Made by a program: the position numbers and the translations under genes. DNA of 64,000 bases from Phoronis australis (Eukaryota; Animalia; Phoronida): NCBI GenBank assembly GCA_002633005.1, contig NMRA01000128.1, forward strand, positions 299,165 through 363,164, given 5' to 3'. The notes below the pieces were generated by a model. That model ran no database searches and was not told the origin of the DNA. It saw nothing but the letters and a program-made list of their open reading frames with translations. Shown one piece after another: positions 22,901-37,000 of this stretch; the stretch's first letter is position 1, and each line of letters starts with the position of its first letter.

Positions 22901-25438
22901 CAGTTGCAAGAAATTATTGTCAGATTTTATCCTTGTAGATGCTTATTAACATAGTATTACTAGGTGTCACTAGGTGTCACCAGGTATATGTGGTAAATAC
23001 ACAGAAGATAAAATTTTGGGAACAAACTGCCAAATATGTCAAATTGGATTAAGAATACACTGCATTTGTATTCTAGCATTTGCATTAACATTGCCTGACA
23101 ATTACCAAATAATTGGAAAAAAAGATTTTGAATTGTAAATCTACTGAATAGTTATCGAAATAAACAAAACCAAGTTTTTATAAGCTAAAGAAACATTTCA
23201 AAAATTGATTATTACAAAAATCTCTCAAATTTACATCAGGATTAAATGATTAGCCCTTATTCCTTACTCCAGGTCCAATAAGTACTGCAGTCGTCAAACT
23301 TACCTGTGCTAGACAGGAGAACATACTTCCTGTAGTGTCAAAGGAGAAGACGACCTCTACCCTTCGTCCAGCTGCATCAAATGTGTTGAGCAATTCCTGT
23401 AAACACACAGAATAGTAATCATATGCCACTATAGGTGTCACTGTGGTTCAACCTTTTTCCCGTGCACCTTTTCATAAGAATTATCACTTCCTGTCATTCT
23501 GTAAAAACCCAGTCACGGTGGAGGGCAAACTAACTACACATTTTTCAGAGACAACAAAAGGAACATGAACTGATTTCCATTCCTCAAATGCTAATTGAAT
23601 TTCCAAATTGTTCTCTATTATTGTGCTGCTTGAGTATCATTAACTATAAAAGAAAAACTTAGTCCCCGGCCAGAATTCCAAACCATTTCGTTATGTCGGT
23701 GTACCATATATGCAAACACCAAAAATGTCAATTACGTTAAATGACCAAAGCCTTATGCACCACCTGCTGGCACTACGAAAGGACTAAGTATGTCAGTAAT
23801 TATAAATACCCAGTTAAAAAACGGTCCATAGTCTGATTCACAATTATTTAGTTTTTTTGGAATGACCATGGAAAATCAACTATAATAAAAAATAGAACAA
23901 GAAAAGGCTGTAAGCAATGCTCATTAGTATCTTAAGACACTGTTTTTGATGAATTGTCAATATTTGTTGAAAGAGAAAACTTGCAAGCTAGGTGGCAGAG
24001 AAACAAGACATGTGAGATTTAGGTCATTTAATATCAATAAATATGAACGAAAAACCAAGCATAAGGCATGTGACAACATCATATATGCTATCTAGCCTGC
24101 ATGGATACATGTCAACAACTTTTCATCTACAGATTTGTCACAGCTCACCATACGTTTCTCTTCATCATCCTGCGACAACTTGGGATCATCAGCCTCTACC
24201 TTGTCATCACTGATTTCCAACTCCTTTTTGTGCTCAACAAATTGTAGCACAGTGTCAGCCTTGATACCAACCTCCCATGCAAGTTCAGAGTTGTTGTTCA
24301 ACACGCAACCATTTGCCTGTAACAGTCATTTTCCAATATCCACTGATGTACTGGTGAATAGATCATGAAAACAAACTATTGAGCAAAGCAATTGAAGATT
24401 GTTACGACATTTGTACAAAAATAAAACCAAAGGCTGAAAAATGAGACTGGTAATTAAAAGAAAAAATTCAGTTCCCAATTCACAAAAAGCAAAAGGTTCA
24501 TGAATATACCACATGTTGGAGAACTGAAGTTTTAAGATGATTTCACATTATTATGTGTAAAATTATAACAAAAAGAGTACTACACTCAATAAAACCTTAA
24601 ATTTTATTTTTTAGCACTCACCTTCAATCTCTGGTCTGATGGCAAAACTCCAGTTTTTGCTTCTAAACGATTTTTAATTTCTTGGATTGTACTTATATTC
24701 TGAATGGTTATGCTGGAAATGTCGCCACTTGGTAACTTAACGCTCACAGTCAAATCTTTTATTGGAAGAATCTGGAATATATAACAGCAGTACATTAACT
24801 CGCAACAAACGCCAAATTTCAGTAAAATGCAGAAAATGAACGACAAGACTCGTATAAAATTTTCTGCAATTCTTGGCAATGCCCAAAGCGTTTCTGTACG
24901 CACACTCTAATGTGAAAACTAGAAGCCCGATTACTGTAAAAATGGTTAACTGTTAAAGTAAAGAGTTTGGCTGAATTTCAAGCTTTAAAAACTGTATCAA
25001 GTTAAAAATTCAGCCTCGGGACTGCAGTACATGATTTTAAAAAATTCAGAAAAAAAATCACTGTGACCATCTGAGGGACAAACAGTCTTGAATTAAACTG
25101 TTCCTAGTCTTCATACAGCTAGCTGGGGACAAACAGTCTTGAATTAAACTGTTCCTAGTCTTCATACAGCTAGCTGGCTGGCTACATGAACACATATGTA
25201 CTTCAATACCTACCTCAGCCTTGAGAATTGTTTCAGCTCGAATACCCAAATATCCCACAGTGTGTTTCTTGTTCAGTATTTTTCCAGTGTATTTAATCTG
25301 GATTCTGGAAACTGGGATCTCCTCTTCCTGGGCCACATGGTCATAAATTCGACGCACTTGTTCGCCGGGTAGTAGGTTTAATGTTGTTACTCGGCCGGTG
25401 TTTAACTTGACATAAACATCAACAACTGGAGACGCCAT
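19963..25438 (-). CDS. Uncharacterised protein: two tandem ubiquitin-like domains, acidic linker, von Willebrand A (MIDAS) domain and polybasic Cys-rich CaaX-like tail; about 490 aa, 9 coding exons
   Basis: Exons 25438-25214, 24771-24622, 24316-24149, 23396-23304, 22817-22620, 22218-21927, 21206-21052, 20545-20416, 20024-19963 total 1473 nt, all GT-AG and in frame. UBL1: VDVYVKLNTGRVTTLNLLP...EEIPVSRIQIKYTGKIL. UBL2: LTVSVKLPSG...TIQEIKNRLEAKTGVLPSDQRL. vWA: VVFSFDTTGSM...IRIGIIVHGDYCD...TGGGDSPECYE...LDWS...LVVIGDDVPH. Ends SRLKKKSKWFSCFCS*. The last two exons are less certain. Confidence 0.85.
25075..25177. repeat. 51-bp tandem duplication (2 copies) in intron 1 of the UBL-vWA gene
   Basis: GGGACAAACAGTCTTGAATTAAACTGTTCCTAGTCTTCATACAGCTAGCTG occurs twice in tandem. 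Confidence 0.9.
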
Positions 25439-25744
25439 ATCTGGTTGCAGAAACGTAACCAGTCTAACCTGGTATTATGTTCAAGGAGCTCAAAACAGAG
25501 ACGAACAAACTCTAGCCGTCAGGACGTCAAGAGAGGACTGCTGACGTGGTGCGCGATCTTAAGCGGTCTGATTTTTGTAACACTACAGGCTGCATTCAAT
25601 TTCGACACCTCACTTCAAATAAGCGCGTTATCCCTTTTCGTACAGCAAATTACCACTAGTGAATTGTCGTAAATTGAACGCGAAATAGCAAGTTGTGTGT
25701 CTTAAATACATCCGTATAGTCTGGGCGGTCGCCATTGCTGAGAA

Positions 25745-25832
25745 TGAAGCTTTTATAGTTCAGTGATGCTATAAATAGCACACCCAATCAGCGTACGTAT
25801 ATTTTAAGCTCTGCAATAAACAGCCAATCAAA
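25745..25832 (-). promoter_or_regulatory. Putative core promoter of the UBL-vWA gene (TATA box plus two CCAAT boxes)
   Basis: Minus-strand CTATAAAA at ~25751-25758, with CCAATCA at ~25785 and ~25824 further upstream. About 310 bp 5' of the ATG, in a CpG-richer patch. Confidence 0.5.
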
Positions 25833-28042
25833 TGTTCCCGGACAGGATCCTATTTTTAGACCTGACTGTAAACACTTCCATGTGCTTGAGCAGGATTCAG
25901 CGTTATCTCCAGAGGCTTTCCGCAGATTAGAAGGGCGCAATGTCACTTAGGTCAGAAATTCGCTGGCTTCGAACATTTGTTGCCAGTTACAAAGCAGGGC
26001 CTCTGTGTTTATCTCCATTTGAACAATAAATGTTAATCCATATAGATAATGTTCCCTGAAAGATTTTGAAAACAATATCTGTATTTTTTAGTAAAAGTAC
26101 ATAGATGATTGTGGAAGTGTATCCTTGACAAAATAAAACGTAAATAAAAGGTGTGAAGAGTCCTCAGTGGATTGGTGGTTAAAGCACTATGTAAAATACC
26201 CAGGGAATTACATACCTTCATATGTTCAATGTTTATAGTTTTTGTCCATTTTATGTGGTAACGCGTGTTCTTCTTGAGAAACAAGGTAATAGAAGACTGC
26301 CAATAAGCTGATTGAGTGTATTGTAAAATAAATGATTCTTACTTGAAACATAATAACTTTATTAAATATATACAGTTTCAGGATAACAAAACAAATAACA
26401 AAATAAAGTAAAATAAAAGAGCCAAAACACAATATTAACCAATTTAGTGATAACAAGAACAACAAAAAATACAGTCATGTAAATTACTGACCCACCATTT
26501 CAAATCTAAAATCACTGAGTAAAATTCAAAACAAATTAAAAAGTTTACTGATACCAGTAAGTCAACCTTCGCAACAGCAAACTTGCAGAAATCTGCCCAG
26601 CTATTTTGAAGACAGAAATTTTACATACTACAAAACTCAAATGTATCTAACATGATATGATCCAATTTCTGTACACACTTAACCTGCTACGCAAATAATA
26701 GTAGAAAACATTTACTTAAACTTCAAAATTTATCGCAACTACTTCGAAAACTATTGAAAAATGAAACAATCACCATGAGGATGTTTAAACTTCATAACCT
26801 TGAACTGTGTTAATGAAAGCAATGTTTGACAGATACACACTGCAGTCAGTGATAAAGATGGGTTAATAAAATGTAAGAATGGTATATCTCTGTCACATGA
26901 CACGTGGCTCTCTACTTGAAGCTACACTTCACTCTCATTGGGTGGCTAAAATTGAAAATGGAATTAGGCGTTTTAATCTCACAAAATCCATCTCATAATA
27001 TTCCTTAATGTGATAGGTTTCTATTGCTAACAAGAACATCAAAACTATCAGAGTCAAGAAAATGCTTTAGAGGTTATTGAAGTTAGCTTCATTAAAATTG
27101 TAGGTTCAAAAATGGCACATGTACACATTCCCTAGGACTTTGCTGGTTTGTTCAGCAATTATTCAAGATCAAATGAGCGTGGTTACGCATTCAAACCTCA
27201 AAGTACTTTGGCATAGAATGCAACATTGATAGCTAAACAGAGGATAAATACAACTTTAAAAACCAACTGGAAGCAAAGCTACTTCAACCTACTAATGTTT
27301 GAAATATCCTAGCTCCTACGTTACTGCCCAAACAAAATATGAATCAATTCAGTGATAAGTAAATCACAAAGTATTTGTCTCATTGCACTAACAATAAAAC
27401 ACAACATGACTGATAAGATAGTGATCAAGTAAAAACAACAAGAAATCAATAATATATCAACATATCCACCATTACTATTAGCATAACAACAAAAACTAAA
27501 ATTCTGTTAAACTTTGCAATACAAAAACCACCATCACAAATAAAACAAAAAAATTTAAAGAAATAAGAAATACTAGGGTTACCAAGGGCTCAGCACTGTG
27601 TCCTGGACAGTGGCCTTGGCTTTTACCAGAACCTTGAGACTGCAAGACGGGAATACCGTGGCTTAGAAAGAAGAATCAAGGGCATAAAAACAGGCAGAAA
27701 AGAAACTATTTCTCAGGCAGGGTTGAAAGAGGAAAGTCACTGACCCAGATGCACTTCTTTTAAGACACAGGGCAGTGCTAATGGCCTGATCATACATTTC
27801 AAATAGCCTAAGCCTGTGCTTTGCATGTTTTATCTGTCTCAGAAAAATGTCACAACAACTGCTATGTCCAAAACCATGAGAAGTATGTCTCTAGCCTTTG
27901 GTTACATACAACTCAAACTTCAATAAGCGTAAAAGATAATAAAATTGTCACCAAAAGCTTGCCAAAACTTGACCACAATTCCATTTAGCTACCAAGTTTC
28001 TCAATATGTGATGTCCTCAACACAACAGAGACTGCAAAGCCA

Positions 28043-31000
28043 TCAACGTATGTGAAACGACGTTTCTTTCCTTCGACGAAGCTTCCATAAAGATGGCTTT
28101 GACTTGTTCCTCTCCTTCAAAATGGAAAAAAAAACGTGAAGTCAAAGAACACAGCTTTGAAGAAGATGGTTAAGTCAGACGATTAACCAATAAGTAACAT
28201 AGAAGAAGCTAAAAGTATTCAGACAAAATTACCCAGAATTCCCCATCATAATGACTGGCCAGAAGCCAAATTCACCATCAGAGCAGGCATTTCTTTTGAC
28301 TGAGAATTGAAAGGAATCAAAAAAATGGGAAAGTTAGTAATGTGACTAAGCTATTCTGTAATTAGAGGTTTGCCGCCTTGATGGTCATCAAAAGTCATTT
28401 TTGTTGTAAACAGAATTAACCGTCATGACAGGGAAGCCCTATTTTGTCCGATTACTTTTCTCTTGTCAGCCATTTTCGTTTTGAGTACGTTTGTGCTTTA
28501 TTGACAAAACTATAAACACAATTCAAATCAAGTAGATAACGGATGAAAAATAAGGCAGAAACAGTACTAATCACTGGCTAGACTACAGTCATATGACCTT
28601 ATCAACTTTAAAATGAGATTTAGCCAACGTAAAATTGCACTTTCTTACAACACTTACTTCGGTTTTGCATCTTTGCTCCAGTTGATGCACACTAAAGAGG
28701 GGTACAACAGAAGGTCGACCGTGGGCGCACTGGAAGGGCAGACTACAACAAGACAGGTCCCTCAACAAAGCCTGGCACTGGGACCGACTGAGGGGATCGC
28801 CAAACTTGATAGCACCTGCAGTGCAGATTAAGGTTTATGACAGCCATGTAACGTAACAAAACAATGGAATAACAAGTATTTTCCAGGACAACTTACCAAC
28901 AAAGACTGTAAATGAGACTTCCGTGACAACAAATTTAAAATAAGATTCATCTTGAACGATTATGGTTTGATCACACTCAGTTTTGTGGTCAGCACATGTT
29001 CCCCAAACAAGCAAGCAAACTTGCGTGTTCTGAGGCATAGACCAATTGAATGTACTCTTGGTCAACTTTTGCACCACACAAGTATTTTCACATACTGGAT
29101 TTTGCGTACAAGAAAACTAAGTGTTGTATGTACCTCTGCAGGCTTTAGTGTTAATGATATGTGTCAGACGTCTGGGGAGACAAGTGACTCCACCTCTGGT
29201 AGAATGGAGGAGCTGAAAAGTACATTTAAATCGTAGTCAGTTGTAGAAAACCATGTAAGAAAATAATCTTAGTTCCTGTATTGGATAAAACAGAAAACTA
29301 AGAATGTATAGCAGAGAAATTATCGTGTACAAAACTATTTTAAGATTTACATAACTCAACTACAGAGCATTCTCACACTACTATTCAAACTCAGTTCTTA
29401 CCTGCAAAAATTCCTTCACGACCACCTAAAAAGAGCAAACATTTGGATGAAAACCTCATAGTTTTGTGTGAGAGAAGCAATGTATTCTCTGATGACTTCA
29501 CTTTAATACCATTGTTTTGAGCTAGGCAGCAGTTTAGTACCAGAAAGACACCTAATTTTTTAAGATTGAGGTGAATGTCCTGAGAAAACAAAAACAAACT
29601 TCAAGAGAAATGCCTCATGCCCATCCTGACACAAAATTATAGAGCCCACAACTTAAAGGTCATGAATTTAGTAAAACTTAACTAACAAGCAGTCACAAAG
29701 TATAAGCACGGTGCAGATGATGTTATGAAGCACCGACGGACGACCCTCGACCAGTTATTCACATAGTAGTAATGTCTTTGTGGGTACAGATGTACCAAAC
29801 AGAAGGGCCGTATTCCTAGGTGGGTCGAACCATTGTTTTATACACAATAACGTTTAAGTAAGATTGAAGTGAACATAATAAGGAAACGAAAACAAAGTTT
29901 TTAAACTTAAAACTCTTAAAAGAGCAATACCTCACCCACATCCTGACACAAAATTATAGTCCACAGCTTCAAGGTCATGAATTTAAAACTTAATTAACGA
30001 GCAGCCACAAAGAATAAGCACGGTGCAGATGATGCTATGAAATGACAACAGGGTTTTTGAAAATTTCTTACCTCAAGCACTTCAGTGGGTGCCGTACATG
30101 TTTTTGATCTTTCATTTTTTGTCTCACGTGATATAAGAAAACTAGGCACCGACGTAATAACCAGCTGTTCAGGTGACTCATCATTGGAAAATGAAATACC
30201 TGCAAGTCGATATGTTATCATTCACTTGCAATGACTAATACTAACAGAACTTGTGACTATTAATTTAGAAATTTCCCAATGACTGAAAACTACACAGTCA
30301 ATTTTTGTCTAGTCGTGAGAAATACCGACCAATTAAACTTAAACTCCACTTTCAATTAAATATTCCACAATAAACATCCTAATTTCAAAACATTTATTTG
30401 TCGAACTCAAACAAAAATTTTTACTAAGAACACCAATATCTAATTACACAGCATTCAGGTAGCAATCTTCTAATTCCCAGTTTCAGTTTAACTGACCTAT
30501 GTCAGCAAATTTGCTCCAGTAGGCTTTAGCTAGTCGTACATCTGCCCTGTCGAGACAGACTGTAACAGGGGGGTCTATACAAGAGGACAGTAGTCGCTTA
30601 TCATCATCATCTGTGTACATCTCTGCAGGAAAGATACAAGTCACTGTTGAGCTCGGACAGTTAAAAACATGCAGGGCATTCCATTATGTATCATTTTAGG
30701 CTAAGATTAAATTATCAGGCAGCATCATCTCTGATAACTATGGTTTTGGTTCATAGCTTTTTCAATATGGAGAGTCAGGGTTCCTAATTACTTAATGACA
30801 AACTATGAACCGTATGGAGTTCAGTGATTGATCTGTTCCAGTTTGAAGTTTGTCATTTTGACTTGACCTAATTAGCACAAGAATGTTCCTGAAACACATC
30901 AAATACACACAAAACTAATGCTGCAACACCTAAAACCAATTTCAGTGCATAATTGCCAAGCCAAAAACAATTACCCTATAATGGGTTTTGTAATACACCA

Positions 31001-34000
31001 AATTCAACATGCCTGCTGTCAGAATCATCAGTATCTAAGTAACTATAATGGCAACTTAATCCAATAGTGTCAATCCAAAAAGCCTAGCTCTCAACTATAA
31101 AGAAATTGGAAGGAACATAATGTAATATTCAGCCTAGGTAACATGGGAGTGTAGAACTCAACGAACCACAGGATATAAGGCCAATCCATTAAATTTCAAC
31201 AAAATGTTAGAAACATGTTACAATGTCACTCATAACACAAGCGCAAAGTACTCATCTTACCAGCCAATATCCGCTCGAGTTGAATACGCTCGTCAACAGC
31301 ATGCTGGTCAAACAGAACTAATAAATCTGGCTCTGGAATAACAACCAAGAAAGCAAACAAATATATAATTGCAGTAGGCTCACAGAGGACCCAAAAATCT
31401 TGGAAAAAATGATGTAATATCATTCCATTAATCTAAACTTAGTTACTAATATTTGCAACACCTTTTTGAAAAAGTAAAATGGCTATTTTAAACATAATTT
31501 GCTTTGCTATGAGTTTTGTTGAGCTGGAACGGAGGCAATGATTGTAAGTGCAGTAAATGTGCCAATCTAAAAATCGACTTTTAAATATTTGAACTAACTA
31601 AGTTATTAAAGTGAAGTGCAAAGGACAATTCTTTACCTTCTCTGCTCTCGTTCTTCAGAGGCTGACTGACCATTAAGCAAACAATAAACTTGCAATCAAC
31701 TTGACCTAGAACCTGTTCAAAGTGATTGGAGTCAGATCAAGGTTAAAATAAATGAAAATGTGCCGTACAGTGCCTGCTAATCGTAAGGTCAAAGCAAATG
31801 AAAAAAATATACAATGAGAACTCAACAGACAGAACATGAGAATGTATGTATGTTCAACTTATTTTACTCATATCCACAATACTAGATTTCCTCAGAAAGG
31901 GTTTTTTCAAGTGTGATAAATGTCCTACTGTTAGTAATCAGTATCTAAAAACATTTGACAAAAGTTGTAAAAATGCGCTTTAAATCAACATGGATGTCTG
32001 AAGTATCCAAGCATGACTGATGACACATTTCATTATCAGAATGCACACAAAGCTTCAAACGTTTTTGAGTTATCTGTGGATACACTGTTTAGTAGAAAAT
32101 ATAAAATCTAGTACGTGATTTGTTACCCCAACTGATTGAAACAAAGAACGACTGTCCTAAGCATCCAAGACTGAACACATGACACCATGCTGCATATGAA
32201 GCTACTGCTACAAGACATTTCAACAAAAGAATCTAATGTGAATTACTAGACTAATACAAATACAGATAGATGTCATATTGCAATAGATGGGAAGTCGTTA
32301 ATTCTAGAAACAGAATGTAACTAAGGAAACAAGAGAATGTAACTACATTTCAACTTCAACAGCTGGCAACAGTAAACTATTTCCAAAAATCTCTGACAAC
32401 TACCAGAAAGGTCAGTCTGTCTTCTTGGTAGCTTTAGGGGACATATGATCAATCAGATTTGCTTCATGGAAGTACAGGATGTCTCAATGGGAAATTATTC
32501 TTACTCTACCTCATGTTTATTTTTTCAGAACCTCTATACCTAGCAGATGGTAGCAAAGGGGTACGTTTTTAAATGGATGATTTTTTTCTAATGGAAGTGT
32601 GATATACATTACTAGGCAGTGTGCACGAAAATTAAGTTGCTCTTATGCCACGTGGAAGTAAATGAGGTCATACATGCAAAAATGTTTGCATTCAGTCACG
32701 TGGGATTCTTATTCCTTAGTGCTAGTGAATATATTTATGCTCTATGTAATCAATATAGTCTTCATTCCTACCTTAATGTCCATAAACATTTCCTTGGTAA
32801 ATGTGCAGGAGTTGAGTAAGGCGTGTGCCCGTCTACTGCCGCTGCCAACACCTGCCAACTGGGTCAAGTCAGTCGAGATGACATCACAGTCCCGTCGGTT
32901 GAACACAGGGTTATTCCAGTCCTTCAACAGTGGCAGCACTCTACTGGTGTTGTCTGTTACTGGGAAATTGAAACACAGTGTTAACTTTCATGTTGGATCT
33001 TGCATAGCTTTTAAAGTTCTATGATATTAAAAGTAAAGTAAAGCATAATAATTTAAGAGCTTAAGAGCTGATTTAGTCACTTGAAATGGTAAAGTTACCT
33101 AACTCACCCATGCAAGCACAAACACACTAACAGTACATAAGACCAAAGATTTGATGACTACAAAATATAAGAAATGCAACAATTAATATACCAGTACTTG
33201 TATAAACAGGATGTGAACAAATTTATCGTACTATAAATCCCAATAAGTCGACGAATCATTCAAAATCTAAAGGTGGACTCACACAAGCATTTTAAAACAT
33301 TTTATTTAGAACATGTTAGATTAAAACATTTTGAATTTTTCATGTAAAAGCAAGCCTAAAATAAATTAAGCTTATAACATTTTAAAATTTAAAACAACAT
33401 TCAGTAGTAGGTTCGGCTAAAATGTTTTAGTTAAAACATTTCAAATTTACCACTTGAAAGCAAAGCACATTCAGTGAAGCATTTTTACGCGTCACACACA
33501 AGCCTAATACTGCTTTTAGCACTGACAACGAAATGGCATTCACACACACACATGCTGAATGATGTCGCATTACACAAAAACATGAGGCTAATAACATTTC
33601 ATACGAAAATCGGCATCTGCCATTCAAAAACATATTAGTGGTATACAGCTTGTCACGTGAACAGAATGCATTTTTAAGCTGTAAAGTTTTAGCAGGATCG
33701 TTTTAGCTAAATATGATAAATTTGGGCTCGCGTGCTCAAAAAGACAAATAATAAATCTGATGGCAGATATTCATCGAGACCTAAACCAAGCCTGACACAA
33801 GTGAAGGCAAGACAGACATTGAAAAGTGTCTAGTTTATGTCTTACACATTTGCCACGATGCCACAAGATGTCTTACCACTTATAGACTCATGGTAACTTC
33901 TCCATTTAGTGAAGTGGTCCGAGTCAAGACAAGATTTGTGTTCTTCAAACAAGCTGGACAGATTTGATGGAATGGCGATGGAGGTTGGGCAATCAAACCT

Positions 34001-37000
34001 GGCCTTGGTCGGTTTGAGGAAGGATGCTGCATTGTGGGTAAGTAGTGGTTGGCGCAGCATGGTAAACAATCCTGTGAAATAATTTGATATAAGAAGTTTA
34101 CCACCACTAGACTGATATCTTATACAATGAGCAAATACCTCTGAAATAAACACTAAAAGCAGCGGTCACAATGTTAATAGATATTTTCAATTAATGAATT
34201 GCACAGTGGGATACAAGTTGCAGCTTCAAAGTACAGCAGCCATATCTATGAATATTAAGGTGCCTGTAACTGAAATAATGGTTCTTTCCAAAAATCATTT
34301 TTGTATGAGTGTATCACATATCGCACTTCGGCCAATGAACCCGAGTTGTACTTACTGGTGCAGGCAGGTGTAATAAATTGATGATTTTTGAATTGGTCTT
34401 TTGTTCATTTTTTGCACTAAAAATTTCTTTTTGAAATTGACACATCAACTTTCAACTGTGCCATCTTGAAAATCTACTCCTGGGTTACAAAGTGTTTCAC
34501 ATAAAGGTGCAAGTAGCTGCATGATGCAGCTTTGCAGGTGGGAGTGTAATAACAAGACAGTTAAGAAACAGTTACCTCCCTGTTCCATGAGTTGTCCACT
34601 AGAGGGTGATGGGTGACAAGTAGGGTCAACATTAGAAGTTTTACCAGTCACTACATTGATGAAAACATCTTGGCCTGTAACACACAAATTATTGAGTAGT
34701 GACGAGTTGTCAAATTAGAAGAGATATAACAAAATGTGACTGGACAAAGCAATGTTTCAGATTTATTGGTATCCTAAGGAAAATCGTAATATTTCACTTA
34801 AACTGCCAGTAATTTAATGTTCTTACTGTTCTTCTCTTAATATCTTTTCCTTGATTATATTCTTCTACATATCTCACCTCTATTAAGTATTCTGGGCACT
34901 TAGACCACACTTTGCCAGCATTTACATCGCACAACAGACAGTGAACTCAACTGAGGTTTCACTTACAAGTACAACCTGAAGATGATGGTTTTAAAATGAG
35001 CCAATATACCTTGGAAACCCAAACAACTCCTAAAACCCTACTTTTAAACCAATAAATCTCAAGCACTTCCAACCTGTCTTTCTGTTTTCCACCATTGTCC
35101 ACAGACTACCATTTTGCTTCAACGTACTTGTGGCGCCATCTAAATCAATCTTGGGACAGCTATTACTAGCAGACGAGCATTTCTCAAAATTTTCTTCCAT
35201 AACTTCATTACAGTCTTTTGTGTCAGACAAATCACTTACTGAATCTAGTTTTGGATCAGTACAATTTATTCCATTTTTAAGCACACAGCCACAGCTACAA
35301 CCATTAGCAACAAATCCACTGCAGCCAGACTTGAGAGGTGATAAAACAAAAACACTGCTGTCGAGAACAGAAGGTTCCAAGTCAAACCCTCCTGAACAAA
35401 TGGTATCAGCAGGTGACGGTGCACTTTTTGAGCAACAACTGTCAACATCAAAGCCTTGAGAGTATAAGAGTTCCTGTGATGCCCCCTCGTTTAACTTTGG
35501 TGAGACTACAATCTCCTGTGATAGATGCTCGCTTGAAAGCTCAAATCCCTGTGACTCTGCAATAGCATGGTTAACACAACTAAAATGTGGTGTAAGTGCA
35601 GATGGGGCATTGGATAATCTGCTGTGACCATTTGGCGAATGATGACGATTAGGCAGACAATGTGACACAGCATCATCAACTTTGAAACAAGATGATTGCT
35701 CAGCGTTGCCATTGGGTGAATCATAGTTCACTTTTGGAGAAAACAGTTCCAAGATATTTTGCGTTTCTAACAATATTCTGTGATTACATGCCAATGGTCT
35801 AATGGTGGCTGTAGGAGTGTCATCGCAAACACTGCCTAACATTTGACATGGTGACGTTGATAAGCTTGGACCACTCGGTACATCTGATAGGGTTTGGCAG
35901 TCCATGTAATCCAAATTACAACAACTAACCGGGGTTTGGCTCAAACTTTGTACACTTTTTAAGTCATTTGGGCTTTCATGGCATGTTTTTTGGCAGACGA
36001 AAGAATATTTGTCAGATGTCACTGAAGCAGTGTGGTTGGACAAACATTCACCACTGTCATCAATAATAGGATTGTTGGAGTTACATGCACTGTGGTACTG
36101 GAAAGCACGCGACTCTTGGCTAAAAGCTACAGTATCACCGTTCAGAACGATACCGTTATATGCTGCAAGCTGAACATTGTAATCTGCTTTCAACCTTTGA
36201 CTTTGTGAAAAGTTGATGTCATGTTTCGATACAAACAGCTCTTTGTGAGGAGTTTGATGTGCGATTAATTGATCACCATCATGACAGACCTTAGGACCTG
36301 TCTTTTCAAAATGTTTAACAGCAGATTCAAAATCTGTGATCTGTGCAGTTTGCAGTAGAGACTGTGTAGATAGAAACACCTGTCTGTCTTTGGGTTTTTG
36401 ATGCAGACAACCCACAGAGGTCTCTGAAAATTGTCCAAAGCATTCATCAGTTTGGACCGACTTATCGCATGTGTGTATCTTCTTCTTGTTAAGAGACTGA
36501 GAGCATGTTTGATGAACAGTTTCATACTGGCACAATGATACATTCTGACAGCTAGTTTCGTTTGGTCTTATCTTTTCTTGTAATGGGTTACAATTTGCAT
36601 ATGTAGACCAGGCATACTCTTCATCAACAGATTTAGATAGTTGTTCAGAGGATGCAGTCGAAGTCCTGAGAATAACTCTACGCAACTCAGCAAGAGAAGC
36701 CATTTTCTTCATAGGCGGTTCCTCGGTTGTAGCTGATATCTGCTTAATTTTCAATTTGGTAAACTTGCGAAAGGCACTTAAGGGACCATGTGAGGTTTGT
36801 TCTGCACTATAGCTACCAGCATAAGGCATTTCCTGGTGGTGGATGTCACGAGGTTTGTCTAATGACAGGATACGCTTTAACCGTCGAAGCACACTTGACT
36901 CCCGGGTGTACACAAAACTTGGATTTTTGACATAGTCCTTGGGACATGCACCATCAGTTGAATCATGATCTTTCAACTTGACATTCACAATGGAAGATCC

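Noticed and set aside
29391-29597. 68-aa minus-strand ORF with acceptor-like TTTTCTCAG as an MLH3 exon
   Set aside because: It has no MLH3 similarity. The better-fitting exon here is the 24-nt microexon at 29425-29402, in a different frame.
34976-35020. CTGAAGATG...GAAAC as a second hammerhead
   Set aside because: There is no convincing helix II between the boxes and no Penelope context.
35130-36543. Several antisense and alternative-frame ORFs within the large MLH3 exon
   Set aside because: They are shadow ORFs of a long coding exon with no independent signals.
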